A stretch of DNA of 64,000 nt from Eledone cirrhosa. Lineage: Eukaryota. The translations under genes were made by a program, and so were the position numbers. The DNA lies in the NCBI GenBank assembly GCA_964016885.1, contig OZ024745.1:37200001-37264000 (forward strand), written 5' to 3'. This document shows positions 43,679 through 56,910 of this stretch, piece after piece. Within the stretch, counting starts at the first letter, position 1; each line of letters begins with the position of its first letter. The notes under the pieces were generated by a model. It made no database searches, had not been told where the DNA came from, and saw nothing but the letters and a program-made list of their open reading frames with translations.

Positions 43679-44343
43679 CCCCCCCTCCTGTTCTTGCTTT
43701 CTTCATATTCCCACTGCATTTTAAGTTACCTTAAATAGCAACTACACGGCCATTTCTATTCTCCATATATTTCATGTTTTTCGCTGTGACCATTCTTCTC
43801 TCCTCTTTTACCTACCCATTTCGCCACTTTCTACTCTCACCCCTCTTTCTTCCCCTCCTTTTCTCCCTATCTACTCTTACCCCACTTACTTCCTCTCCCT
43901 TTCTCCCTCTCACTTTCACCCCCTCGTCTGATCGTTTAGCAGTTCTCTTCTCACTTACAACAGTGGCGATCGGACGTGTGTCTTTTCTCTCGACCACTCG
44001 GTCTCGAACTTAAGTTCTATTATCGAGTGGTCTTGGATTTCCTACATATAGTTGCTCGTACATTGCTCGGTTTGTGTTTTTTTTTCGCTGTTTTGTTACT
44101 GTTTCTCTTTTCTTTCCCTTTGCTTTCCTTCACTCCTTCCTTCGTTTTCCCAATAACTTATCCAGTTATTGACGCCCTGGGGTGAAGTGGTATCTTGTCT
44201 TTAAAGCGTAGAAATATCCTAGACCCCCAGTAGACAACTGTTGATGAAAACTCCCCCCCCCCCATTCTGTTCTTGCTTTCTTCGTATTCCCACTGCATTT
44301 TAAGTTACCTTAAATAGCAACTACACACCCATTTCTATTCTCC
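43679..44343 (+). mobile_element. Non-coding element with ~85-bp terminal direct repeats (579-bp period) in (TA)n
   Basis: 43688-43764 repeated at 44267-44343; internal hairpin GACCACTCGGT..ATCGAGTGGTC. Confidence 0.65.
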
Positions 44344-46112
44344 ATATATATATATATATATATATACAATATGTTGAAAAGGTAACACACTAGAGAGAGA
44401 TAGTGCGCCATCAATAAAACAGGGAAAAACGACCAGTGTATGGAATCTATAACCTATGAAAGGTAGGGTAGACACACGGTAATTAAAAATATAAATAAAG
44501 TGTATATACAAACCTCTATAACTATATAACACACACGTACAAATCCAAAGAGATCTATTTCGCTAATAATTTGTTGACAGAAATAAATAGCCCATGGTTC
44601 ATCAGCGTGTGTAAGGCTAAAAATGTATTAGTAATAAAGATTTAACGTGCAGTATATCATATTAAACTATTACACACTGAAACGCATATACTACTTACCA
44701 AATTAAAGTTATAGGTACACAACTAGATCTTTAAGTTTAATAATAATTATTAAATGAAGTTATAAAATTATAAAATTAACATTAATGGAATATATTAAGA
44801 AAAAGAATATAAAATTTATGGATGCTTGATTCAGTAATTAATAATTCAATAAAAAGTCTAATTTATGACTTCTCTATATTAATGGAGGTGATAGAGTTTT
44901 AGAATAAATAGTGATGATAAGTATAAAGTAAATCAGACACAGTCATATATATATATATATATATATATGCCACCAGTTCTTTGAGAAATCAACACAATAC
45001 TTCGGGACTGGGCGTATCAAAAGATCGAAATAACAGAGCTAAATTCCATCATTATATTTTTCTGTTTTTTTTTCTGTTCAAGTACTAGCTGTCTGATGAG
45101 TTCATAGCTGTTGAATAATGGTTAACAACGAAATATCGAGAAGTTGACTCTGATTACTGGCACTGGTGTGTAGGATAAATATATAATAGTTCTGTGGAAT
45201 ATATAAAACATTGCAATATCTTTGACATTTAAATGTATTACATCAACCTAACCAATTAGATTATAGAAGTTTTGAAGAAATGTCATGAAAAATTTTAGAA
45301 TTATAATAAACAGATTAAAACGTAAATAGGTTTCGAGACAAATTTAGTTATAAAATATGCGATTGTCTAATGCACTGCGCAGCACATAGGGCAACTTTTG
45401 TTTATAAAAACTTTTCTTGAAATTTTTTGAGTGAATTTTGGTAAACTGAAATCGTGGAGAATTAAAAGCAACTCTCTGAAATAGTTTGGTCAGATCAGAC
45501 GCTCAACCTGTGCTTTCTCTAAAATCTGGAAGGTTTTATACTTGTGATGAGAGACCGACAACGCCTCAATGGTAGATGGTGAGATAAGATCCTAAAATTG
45601 TTTCAATGTTAATTATGAATAGAACTCAAAGCAATGGCAAAGAGTAGGAATATATGGAGGATGTATATGCATAACGTTTCATACTCATCTGTAACTGGAA
45701 ACAACGATTAGTATTATATAAATCATATATAAATATTATATAAATCACGATCTTATGATTGTAAGCCAATCGTAACCACTAAGCTACATGACTTTACACA
45801 CAGACTCAAACATACGTATATTCACAAACATGTATATATATAACACGCATAAATCTTCATAAGGACACATGCTTATTTCCATGCACACATACACACACAT
45901 GTGCAAATACACATGCACATATAATAGAATCAAATGACGTGGAAATAAACGAAGGCATAGATATTAAAATAAACATTTATTGATTTATTTGAACGTGTCA
46001 CTTCGTTTACCTTATATCATATTACAGCTCCAGATCCAATGTTGAAACCTGTAGAATGCTTTGGCAAACATTACACAGAAATACATTCCTATGCCATTTG
46101 CTATATATATAT

Positions 46113-46178
46113 ATATTGTTATACTTTGGGAGGGTCACGTTTTCAGATAAAGAATCTTGCTAAACAAATTTAGAAACG

Positions 46179-46181
<3 letters not shown>
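46113..46181 (+). mobile_element. Ultra-short family E derivative (inverted arm tip joined to tail)
   Basis: Left part matches 49965-49993; right part is the reverse complement of 49908-49950; (TA)n both sides. Confidence 0.7.
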
Positions 46182-46210
<29 letters not shown>

Positions 46211-46212
<2 letters not shown>

Positions 46213-47409
46213 TTGCACAATTCTTTGAGGAGTCATCGTTTAATAGCTCCAAATATTCCTAACTTGTTCTGATCATCATTTCTTTTGAGAAAAATGAAGA
46301 TATATATGAAGCTAACTCAACAAATGGAAAAAACCCACTACAATCAGTGACGTGCAGGCGGAGTATAGTGATTTAGAGATTGCTCGCTTCCTGAAAGTTG
46401 TAAATCAGGAAGCTGCTGATGGCGATTTCACAACAGTAGCCAAACGTTAAACGCCTTCTAAAGTTCCTCATATTTTCAAAGCACGTGAATTTATACGAAA
46501 TATTCACAAAATTCTCGATAAGTACCCGTGAAAATCAATCAGCATTAATGCTGAAGAGCTCAAAGTTTCAAGAAACACTATGAGAAGAATTGTGCATGAG
46601 GAACTTCGATAGAAGTCACATGTGTTGCGGATAGGCCAATTCACGTCTTCAATGATAAAAGAATCACCACTTGATCCTTGCAAAACGCTTGTTGACTGAG
46701 TTGGAACATCAAGAACCTGGAATGCTTTGGTTTTTCTGTCATGAGAATATAGCTTGATCAGGACCAAAAGATCAACCAAACGAATGACAGAGGGTTATAC
46801 AGAGGTTTTAAAGACGTTCCAACGGCCATACACACAAAGCTTCCAGCAAGTGTGACGGTTCGGTAAGTCATGAACCTCTAGCGATGTATCATTCTTCTGC
46901 ACTTGTTCAGGGCTAAAAGTTTAATGCTGCTGACAATATGGGTGTGTTGGACAGGGCTTGGGTAGGGAGTGTGAGCAAAGAAAGACCGTACACCCACCAA
47001 CAAGATTCTGTGCCGCCGCATATGGATGAGATATAATCATCACGCCCATGTCACCCCATACATATGCCTTCCTAGCTCTCCAGACCCGAATCAGTTGCAC
47101 TTCTACGTACGGCGTGTCGTCGAGGGTAAGTCAATAAATGCCCCCATAACGCTATAACATTTCTGAAGTCAGCCATAACTAGGAAAATGTTCGAAATAAA
47201 TAAAGATCATCTGATTTGGGCAAGTCAACGTTTCAAACCCATTGAAGCACTCATCAACGCTAACGACGAATTCATTGTATAGATGCATCAAGATGGGTCT
47301 CAAGATTATTCATGTCACTTCTTTCTCAAAGAAGGATAATCCTTCCTGACTTATGCTTCTTTTACTAAATTCATGTAAATATCCTCAAAGAACTGAGCAA
47401 CCTTGTATA
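46211..47409 (+). mobile_element. Decayed Tc1/mariner-superfamily transposon (maT/DD37D-like)
   Basis: TIRs GGTTGCACAATTCTTTGAGGA / TCCTCAAAGAACTGAGCAACC; broken transposase LKVSRNTMRRIVHEEL, WFF, DQDQKINQTNDR, RPYTHQQDSVPPH, PSSPDPNQLHFYV. Confidence 0.8.
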
Positions 47410-47419
47410 CACAATGAAA

Positions 47420-47612
47420 ATAATAATAAGTGTTTCTACTTTTGGCACAAGGCCAACAAAATTACCCAGTACATTACTGGTACTTTATTTTATCGACCCC
47501 GTAAGGATGAAAGGCAAAGTTAACCTCGGCGGGATTTGAACTCAGATCATAAAGGGACGTAACTCTATGTTTCAAAGCATGGCGTCCGACTCTCTACCGA
47601 TACTGCCAATCC
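47420..47612 (-). mobile_element. SINE family 1
   Basis: High identity to other copies. Confidence 0.85.
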
Positions 47613-47920
47613 TAATAATGCTTTGAAGATGCACCTGTTGTTATTCTATATATACATGTAACTTTTATAGTACTCAACGCAAAAGTAATTATACACACCA
47701 AAAGAAAAATATAAATAAATTACTGTTTATTTAAAGTTTCACTTTTTAACTAGATACAGATATATACAAACCATTCCATATCCTTAGGGAACAGGTCATT
47801 TATGTTAATAATCTATCAAACTACGCCAGGTCGAAAATATATCCCTTGTTAATAACGTTTCTATGAGAATCTCTAAACAATCAGTGAATAGGAAAATGTT
47901 TGACGATAATGCACATTCTC

Positions 47921-48107
47921 ATAATTGTTTCTACTTTAGGCACAAGGCCAGCAATTACCCAGTGCATTACTGGTACTTTATTTTATCGACCCCGTAAGGA
48001 TGAAAGGCAAAGTCAACCTCGGTGGGATTTGAACTCAGATCGTAAAGGGACGTAACTATGCTGGAAAGCATGGCGTCCGACCCTCTACCGATACTGCCAA
48101 TCCACCG
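47921..48107 (-). mobile_element. SINE family 1 with probable TSD
   Basis: CACATTCTCATAAT occurs on both sides (47912-47925 and 48114-48127). Confidence 0.85.
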
Positions 48108-48626
48108 ACCATCCACATTCTCATAATGAGACCTTATAGAGATTTGGATACAAAGAAAAGATTCGTCTTGTATCAGCAATTAAAAGACCAACGGAAACAG
48201 TTTCATTTGTGTGATCCAACGATTGGCTCTTTTTCATTCCTTTTGTTATAGGGAAACAATGTTGAAATATTTCAAATAAATACAACTGAAAATTACCCAG
48301 TCTTCTCAGTCTTGCCTGAAGAATACGGATCTAGAGACCATCTTTGTTAATTTTACTGTTAAAATAATTACGAGCTATCATTTTAAAAACAATTAATTGC
48401 GCCAGTTATCTTCATTATATTCTCAATTAAATTCACTTAATAACGAAATTGATTTGCATAAGCAATCATTACGAAAGAAATTTAGAATATAATATATATA
48501 TGCGTGTGTGAGTGTGTGTATATACGTATATATGTGCATGTGCGAGTGCGTATATTGTAAATTATGTATGCATACATACATACATATATACATATATAGA
48601 TACATGCGTACGCACACACACACACC

Positions 48627-48737
<111 letters not shown>

Positions 48738-48989
48738 CTATGAGAAGATATATATATAGGAGAAGATATGTGGGGAATGAATATTTAAACATCAGTGACA
48801 GAAGATCTTACCAGATATTTGTTCTGGACGTAATGGAATTATGTATTATTAATATCCAGATTTTTAATCGTCGAGTGTAACACTAAGTTCCAAGCATTTA
48901 CGGAGTAATTTAGAATAAAATATTGTATTAGGATCAATGGGCAAGAAGTGGGGAAAAGTTATATATATATAACTTTGATATGTTTCGGC

Positions 48990-49470
48990 CAGTGTTGACC
49001 CAAACCATGTCAAACTTAATAGCACAACCTGGCAAAGTCTTTCAGATTATGGGTTCACAACCTGTTCATGTTTTGGATACCGTGGTCCACTCTAGTAAAG
49101 AATTGTCATTTTCGGAGACATATCCGGCTTTAGGGGGTTTATTCGTGCATTCTTGGAAGAATTTGTTGCGGAGAATTTTTGAATATTATGGGATCTGTTT
49201 CTGTATTGATGTAGTTTGGTATTATATTAAAGAGAGCGGGAGCAGTTGAGGTGAAATAAGTCTGTTGTATCGTTGCTATGAGTTGCGAGTTTGATTTTCG
49301 TAGTGTGGGGATAGCACGGGGACCAAGACTATGGTGGAGGTGATGCCAACATCATTTGGGCAATATTAATGGAATATTTTCCACATCATACAGATTATGT
49401 GGCGATCAGTGTTTTTCCTGTGCTATGTTTCCTATTTTTCTTAATGCGAACACTTTGGTGTTAATAAAGC
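48990..49470 (-). mobile_element. CR1-group LINE ORF2 3'-end relic
   Basis: Broken frames DRHIICMMWKN, QTYFTSTAPALFNIIPNYI, NKFFQECTNKPPKAGYVSENDNSLLEW. Confidence 0.65.
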
Positions 49471-49560
49471 AATCATGATTAGTATATATACAAATATATG
49501 CATAAATACACACACAAACGCGTACACGCACTCAACCACACACACACATATATATATATA

Positions 49561-49765
49561 TGACTGGTTCACCGAAGGGAGGTTAAATAAGGTAGTGAAT
49601 ACATTAGGAGAGGAGGTAGATATTTATTTAAATATAGAAATGACTTCGACATGAATAGAACTTTTTATACGTTTGAAACTATTAGGAATGTCCTAGACTT
49701 TCGTAATGATTTCGAATGAATTGAACAGATCTAGTCCTGTTGAAATCATTTGTTTATGAATGACA
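49561..49765 (-). mobile_element. Old, decayed family A fold-back copy
   Basis: GAACAGATCTAGTCCTGTTGAAATC resembles family A stem III/I; TAAGGTAGTGAATACATTAGGAGAG resembles the tail; flanked by (TA)n. Confidence 0.55.
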
Positions 49766-49907
49766 TATATATATATATATATACATAAATACCTACATAC
49801 ATATATATAAATATATATATGTATATAAATATATATATACATATATATACATATATATACATATATACATACATACACACACACACACATGTATATATAT
49901 ATATATA

Positions 49908-50781
49908 TTTCGTTTCTGAATTTGTTTAGGAAGATTCTTTATCTGAAAACATGTGTTGAAACCGATATTGTTATGCTTTGGGAGGGTCATGTTGCCAATA
50001 AGAAACACACGCACCAGTTGCTTTCACTCCAATTTATTAAAAATTAAATTCATAAATTTAAGAACTTATAAATTTCCGGTTGGTTGGTTAGTTCCACAAC
50101 CGGACGGTTGTTCATATATTGTCAAAGTTCTTTCGTCACACATTCTGTGACCTCTTTAGTGACTGGGGATTCTTTTCTTTGTTTTGTGCCTCTCCTTTGT
50201 TCTGTCCTACGCCATCTTGTTTTTGTGTATGTTGTGTGCTTAGTTTGCGCATGTGTTACATTTGGGTGTCTGTGTGTGTTTATATTTGTTTATTTACATG
50301 TTACTGGTTCGTTGTTTGTTCTATATGTGTGTGTGTTTTCATTTTGTCCTTGATTGCAAGTTGTGATGTTGCTATTCCATTCATGTTTTCTATTTAATTT
50401 TGGTTGGTGTTCATTTATGTTTATTGCGTCCGTGATTTGTCTATACATTGCGTCTTTTCTGTGTGTAGATTCTATTTTTATTTACCAGTAACATGTAAAT
50501 AAACAAATATAAACACACAGACACCCTAAGCACACAACACACATAAAAACAAGATGGCGGAGAACAAAACAAAGGAGAGGCACAAAAACAAAGAAAAGAA
50601 TCCCCAGTCACTGAAGAGGTCACAGAATGTGTGACGAAAGAACTGTGACAATATATGAGCAACCGTCCGGTTGTGGAACCAACCAGCCAACCGGAAATTT
50701 ATAAATTTTATTTATAATAAATTGGAGTGAAAACAACTGGTGCGTGTGTTTCTTATTGGCAACATGACCCTCCCAAAGCAT

Positions 50782-50789
<8 letters not shown>
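49908..50789 (-). mobile_element. Fold-back hammerhead element, family E (older; diverged arms)
   Basis: Arms 49965-50308 / 50484-50789; hammerheads 50607-50649 (+; GTCA-CTGAAGA-G-GTCAC..GTGAC-GAA-AG-AA-CT-G-TGAC) and 50121-50163 (-). Confidence 0.8.
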
Positions 50790-50825
<36 letters not shown>

Positions 50826-50833
<8 letters not shown>

Positions 50834-51157
50834 AGATCAAAAGATGGTTAAAGGAGTTCAATATATTTTATTATGCGCATTTCAAAAACAAACATCATCA
50901 AACAATAATATTTGTGTTTTCATCAGATAAAACAGGTTTTTTTAGCCTTCATATCATGTTCTCCTGTTTTATCTGATGAAAACACAAATATTATTGTTTG
51001 ATGATGTTTGTTTTTGAAATGCGCATAATAAAATATATTGAACTCCTTTAACCATCTTTTGATCTTATATTATGCATACTCCAGTCCCACAAACTGTAGA
51101 GTGCTTCTTATCCGATATCTGAATTGCTTTATTGTACTACAATAAAACTCACCTCCT

Positions 51158-51160
<3 letters not shown>
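50826..51160 (+). mobile_element. Fold-back hammerhead mini-element, family B
   Basis: Arms 50826-50936 / 50963-51073 plus tail; hammerheads 50967-51033 (+) and 50866-50932 (-). Confidence 0.85.
50967..51033 (+). ncRNA. Type-I hammerhead ribozyme (family B)
   Basis: TTTTAT-CTGATGA-AAA..CAAATATTATT-GTTT-GATGATGTTTG..TTT-GAA-ATGCGCAT-A^-ATAAAA; G-U-rich long stem II, palindromic stem III. Confidence 0.82.
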
Positions 51161-51198
<38 letters not shown>

Positions 51199-51310
51199 TA
51201 TATATATACACATATATATATATGCAAAAGGCAAACAGAAATAACAAAGCAAACGACACAGTACAGTACAATTAAGAAATATTATATTATTAGTTTTACG
51301 CTTGATATAT

Positions 51311-51341
<31 letters not shown>

Positions 51342-51461
51342 ATATATTGCTGAAAAAAGAAGTAAGTGACATAGTCACTACTTTAAAACAATAGCGTAAT
51401 GTCTTCAAAATGCTTTTAATTAAGCATACAGTGTATTGCAAAATACACTATATATACATTC

Positions 51462-51507
<46 letters not shown>

Positions 51508-52106
51508 AAGTATAAAGAAAGTGCTCAAGCGCAGAAATGCTATAAAGATAGCTTATAAAATAGGATGAATACCCTTAAAAGACGGAAAAAGACTTTACCA
51601 TCGGTCGCTATGGGGAATTGAACTCCATATCTTCCAGATACCGTCTTTAAAAGGTCTTCACACTATTATACATATATACACTCACATACATAATATAACA
51701 ACTGTGAATGTATGTATGTGTGTAAATATCTATTTCTCTGTATGTTTGAGGAATATATGGTATACCTGTTATGTTAGTCACAAATTAACAGATGTCCCTC
51801 TCTTATCAACTTTCTTCCAACGTTATTCGCAACAAATAAAAACGCCCCAACAATAACAACAAAAAGAAAACACATCGGCAAAAACAAGGGTCTTAGAACA
51901 GAACACTTTACCCGCATTTTCTTGGTACCACCTAGAAACACTGAACAAGCCCGATTATATAAGCATTGAGTGAAATACAGTGGAGTGGTCTGGGTCATTT
52001 GTGGTATTGTTTCTAGATATTAACGGTTCTGTATCAAATGTTTGTTCTTAAGAGGATTAGATTGAAACGACGGTCACTGCTTGTATGCTATTTACCTCTC
52101 CCCAGA

Positions 52107-52179
<73 letters not shown>

Positions 52180-52330
52180 CCCCCTCTCTCTCCTCCTCGC
52201 TCGCTCTCTCGCTGTCCCGCCTCTCTCTCTCGTTCGTTTGCGCTCCATCTCTCACTCTCTCTCTTTCACCATTTATCTATATTTCACTCTTCCAAACAAT
52301 TTTTAATTCTTTGTGTCATTCTTACTCTTT

Positions 52331-52384
<54 letters not shown>

Positions 52385-52416
<32 letters not shown>

Positions 52417-52723
52417 TGTATGTATGTATGTATGTATATATGTATGTATATATGTATATATGTATGTATCTATGTATATATGTATGTATGTATAATGTAT
52501 GTATGTATGTATGTATGTATGTATGTATGTATGTATGTATGTATTATGTATGTATATATGCATGTATATATGTATATATGTATGTATCTATGTATATATG
52601 TATGTATATGTATGTATGTATATATGTATGTATATATGTATGTATGTATATATGTATGTATGTATATATGTATGTATGTATGTATTATGTATGTATGTAT
52701 ATATGTATATATGTATGTATGTT

Positions 52724-52755
<32 letters not shown>

Positions 52756-52830
52756 TGTATGTATGTATGTATGTACGTATGTATGTATGTATCTATGTAT
52801 GCATGCATGTATGTATGCATGTATGCGTGT
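52385..52830. repeat. (TATG)n microsatellite
   Basis: Direct reading. Confidence 0.95.
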
Positions 52831-53429
52831 GCATGTATATTTGTATGATTTTGTAATGTGTGTGACTGTGTATGCATGTGTGTCACATAAAAAGGACACT
52901 TTCAATAATATGGTCGGAAAATACTGTGCCTAAAAAGAGGAGGGATTGCCATGTCTAGAATGTCTTCGACCATAAGGCTGCCTAGAGTTAAACAACAACA
53001 ACAACAACGAACACTTCAACGACCCTAACAACATCGGTGACAACAAAGCAATTATAAAGTCTTTATGTAATCTCTTGACCTGTTAGAAATAGCAGTAAAG
53101 CCTCCCTCAAATCACACCCTACCGTGTTTGAAAATGGACACTTTCAATAATATAGTCTTCCTGTATACACGAGAAATGCAACAATGAGACAACAACAACA
53201 ACAACCGTGTGAAGATCGCTTTAACAATGTTGTATCCTGGAGGGGGTTGATATAATTCCTTTGTTGAATTTTAAGAAATCATTATTTCATCTTGATTTTA
53301 CCTTCTTTTAGTTTTACCTATTGTGTAACATAACCTGCATAACATGCAGGGCCTGTGCTCCGACTGTTTTCAAGGAGTTCACTTAGGGTCGACAGAATAT
53401 CAACAAAGGTTTTACATACCTCACCTGCA

Positions 53430-54060
53430 TTATACACAGTTTTACATAACAGATTTGTTATAAACAGAGAGATACACACCAGGCGTGATACACACACACA
53501 ATTATACACCAGATCTGCTGTAAACAGAGAATTACACACCAGATATGTGACACACAAGATATTATAAACACTTAGTTTCACACTTGATCTGCTACACACG
53601 GTGTTACGCACCAGAAAATTCTACCCACAGCTAATTTACACGCCAGATCCACAAGAAACAGATAGTTGTACACTAGATTTGCTCGGTAGATTTACACGCT
53701 AGATCTGCTACACAGTCACAGATGTATTACAAACACAGTTACACTCCATATCAGCCAAATACAGTTACGCTCCTGGGATATTTCACACACGGAGTTGCAT
53801 TCCAAACATAATACATACACAGTGTTACTTTCCAACCATACTACTTACGTCGAGTTGCATATTAGACCATAGAGGGTCAGGGAGTTACACGTTAGTAAAC
53901 TTACTACACATTGACGTAATTAACAAAATATCTGCTACACACAAAGATCAGCACATCAGATCTACTAAACACAGTGTTGCACACACTATAGGGTATACAG
54001 TGTTGCACACAAGACATGTTATACACACAGACAGTCACACCAAGATATGCAGTACACACA
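53430..54060. repeat. Degenerate ~25-30-bp minisatellite (ACACACCAGATCTGCT-like)
   Basis: Recurrent CACACCAGAT / AAACAGAG / CACAGTT units. Confidence 0.6.
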
Positions 54061-54292
54061 GTTAGCCTGTATAATCTTCCATTGATGGTAGGTAGGTAGG
54101 TCGGTAGACAGACAGACAGACAGACAGATATGCCGATAGATGGATAGGTAGACAGATAGACAGACAGATAGAGAGATAGACAGATAGACAGACAGTCAGA
54201 CAGAGAGGTAGCTAGATAGAGAGAGAGATTGACAGACAGACATATAGATATATAGATATATAGATGTATAGATAGACAGACACATATATCGT

Positions 54293-54342
<50 letters not shown>

Positions 54343-54989
54343 GATAGATAGATATGTTTCTTTATTAGCCACAGGGGTACAAAAGAAGGGGACAAATACA
54401 AAGGGGGAAGTTTACATACAATAAAAACGTGTAAAATGTTATCACAAATGCATATATCGTTAGATAGATAGATAGATAGATAGATAGACAGAGAGAAAAC
54501 AAGTGAAAGAGAGCGTGGAAATAGAGAATGTTAATGTGAGAATAACAGGCTTGCAGACATACGGACTGACTGTTAACTGCATTCAGTTGATAATACACCT
54601 CCAAAACACTTCAGTTCTGAAGTGTTTTGTACATGGACAATTTTATCATTCTTCTTTTTATTGTTATTATTATTGTCCTTGTTAATGTTCCTACTGTTGT
54701 TGGAGCCTTCGACAAAATGTTTTGCAGTGTTAGTTCCAGCTCTTTAACGTTCTGGGTTCAGATTCCACCGAGGTCAAATTTGGTTTTCATTCTTCCGGTG
54801 TCGATAAAATTAAGTACACATCAATTATTTTGTTCGATATAATCCAGCCTTCATAAAAAAAATTGTTTGACCATGAGATAAAATGAAAAACCATATTGTT
54901 GTTGTTTAGTCCCAGGTTAGTGCTGATATAGCAGATGTATGATCAATGATTTCACAGTCGTGGCCATCACGTCTTTTCTATGTCCAGTA

Positions 54990-55245
54990 CTTATTTGCTG
55001 AGAAGAGTGGTTCAATCCCCTGTACAAAGTCTATTTTCGAGAGATAGTTGTCAAGGTTCTTTGACACCATACCAGGAGCACCAATTACCACTGCGACAAT
55101 TGTGACTGTCTTTATTTCATTACTCCAACCTTCTCTTTTCGTTCAATTCTGGTGTCAAATGAACACACTACATCTATGGGGGTACAGTTTGTTTCTTCTC
55201 GATTACAACGATATATGGTCTGTTGTGTTCAATCCTCATCTCATT
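54990..55245 (-). mobile_element. R4/Dong-type (restriction-like endonuclease) LINE relic
   Basis: IEHNRPYIVVIEKK and VAVVIGAPGMVSKNL, decayed PD..D and P.V.GALG motifs. Confidence 0.55.
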
Positions 55246-55461
55246 ATGGATTAGCAGTATCAGTAGAGCGTCGAACACCATGCTTTACGGCATAGAGTTT
55301 CGTCCTTTTACGTTCTGAGTTTTAATCCCGCCAGGGTTAGCTTTGCCTTTCATCTTCGATAAAATAAAGTACCAGGAACACACTAGAGTCGATTTAATCG
55401 AATTTTCCCTCCCTAAAATTGCTGGCCTTGTGCCTAAATCAGAAACCATTATTATTATTAT
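55246..55461 (+). mobile_element. SINE family 1 (diverged)
   Basis: Head, central domain and (ATT)n tail present. Confidence 0.75.
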
Positions 55462-56794
55462 TGTATATTAATATTGTTACCAATTATTCAGAGATGGAAG
55501 GGTATTGCCCAAAACCATTTCCGAAAATTATCCTAAAACTGGAGATCTGATCCGAATGCTTGCAATAAAGTATAGTTTGCTAAAGACATCCAAATGCCAG
55601 GTAGGAGTGTTAAATTGGTCAAATGTGTTAATTTTACTTCCCGACTAGTCAACAGCGAGATTTGAACTCAGAACGCAACGAGTCGGAACTAATGTGATTA
55701 TGTAACGCTGTAACAATTCCGTCAATTGACAGCACTGGAATGGTATTTTATTTCATAGAATATGTTGGAAGATACATGAATACTGTTGAACATGACAATA
55801 TATAGAAGACAGTGAAAATGTACACATACACACACATACTCTCTCTCTCACACACACTCATACATACATACTCACACACACACACACATACATACTCACA
55901 CACATACACACACACAAATATATACACATACTCACTCACACTCACACGCGCACACGCATACATATACAAATACATACTCTCACGCACACCCATACGTATA
56001 CATACTCACACACACACGCGCACACATACATACTCACACACACACACGCGCACACATACATACTCACGCACATACATACGCCACACACACGCATACATAC
56101 TCTTACACAAACACACACACATACATACTGTCTTACATACACACACGCATACATACTCACACACACACGCGCACGCATAATACTCTCACACACACAGATG
56201 CATACACTCTATACTTTATCCACCCCCTCTCTCTCGCACATTCCTTCTCTTTCTACCTCTTTCTACATCTCTTCCATTCACCCCTCTATCAATGTGTCTC
56301 TCTCTCATTCTTTCTTTCTATTACTATGCTCTTCTCAGTCTTTCTATCGTCTTATACATTTTTCTTACTCCATATCTCTCTCTCTCTCTCTCTCTCTCTC
56401 CCTCTCTCTCTCCCTCTTTCTATCTCTCTCTCCTCCCTCTCTCTCTCTCTATCTCCCTCTATTTCACTCTTATTTCTTCCATTGTCTTTCCATCTCCTCC
56501 TCCTTCTCCCCTCAATTTGCCACATACTATCATTGCATAATTCTATGTTTGAACAATATGTCGTTTCCTTCAGTCGGTTATAAAGATTACCGTTCAGATA
56601 CAAACACACAAACACATACATACTCACATCTACAGACAAACAAGCACAAACACATACACACATACAAACAGACAAACAAGCACAAACACATACACACATA
56701 CAAACAGAAACACACGCGTACACATAAAGATATTCATTGACACAAACGCTAACACACACCTGCACACAGTGACACACCAACACAAAGACACACA

Positions 56795-56910
56795 TACAAA
56801 CACAAACACAAAACAAACACAAACACAAAACAAACACAAACACAAAACAAACACAAACACAAAACAAACACAAACACAAAACAAACACAAACACAAAACA
56901 AACACAAACA
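56795..56910. repeat. 17-bp minisatellite (ACAAACACAAACACAAA)
   Basis: About 6 tandem units. Confidence 0.8.

Noticed and set aside
45085-45150. CTGATGA..GAAA hammerhead candidate with plausible stem II
   Set aside because: Stems I and III do not close; at best a decayed remnant.
53430-54060. CRISPR-like repeat-spacer pattern
   Set aside because: Degenerate eukaryotic minisatellite without constant repeats, unique spacers or cas genes.
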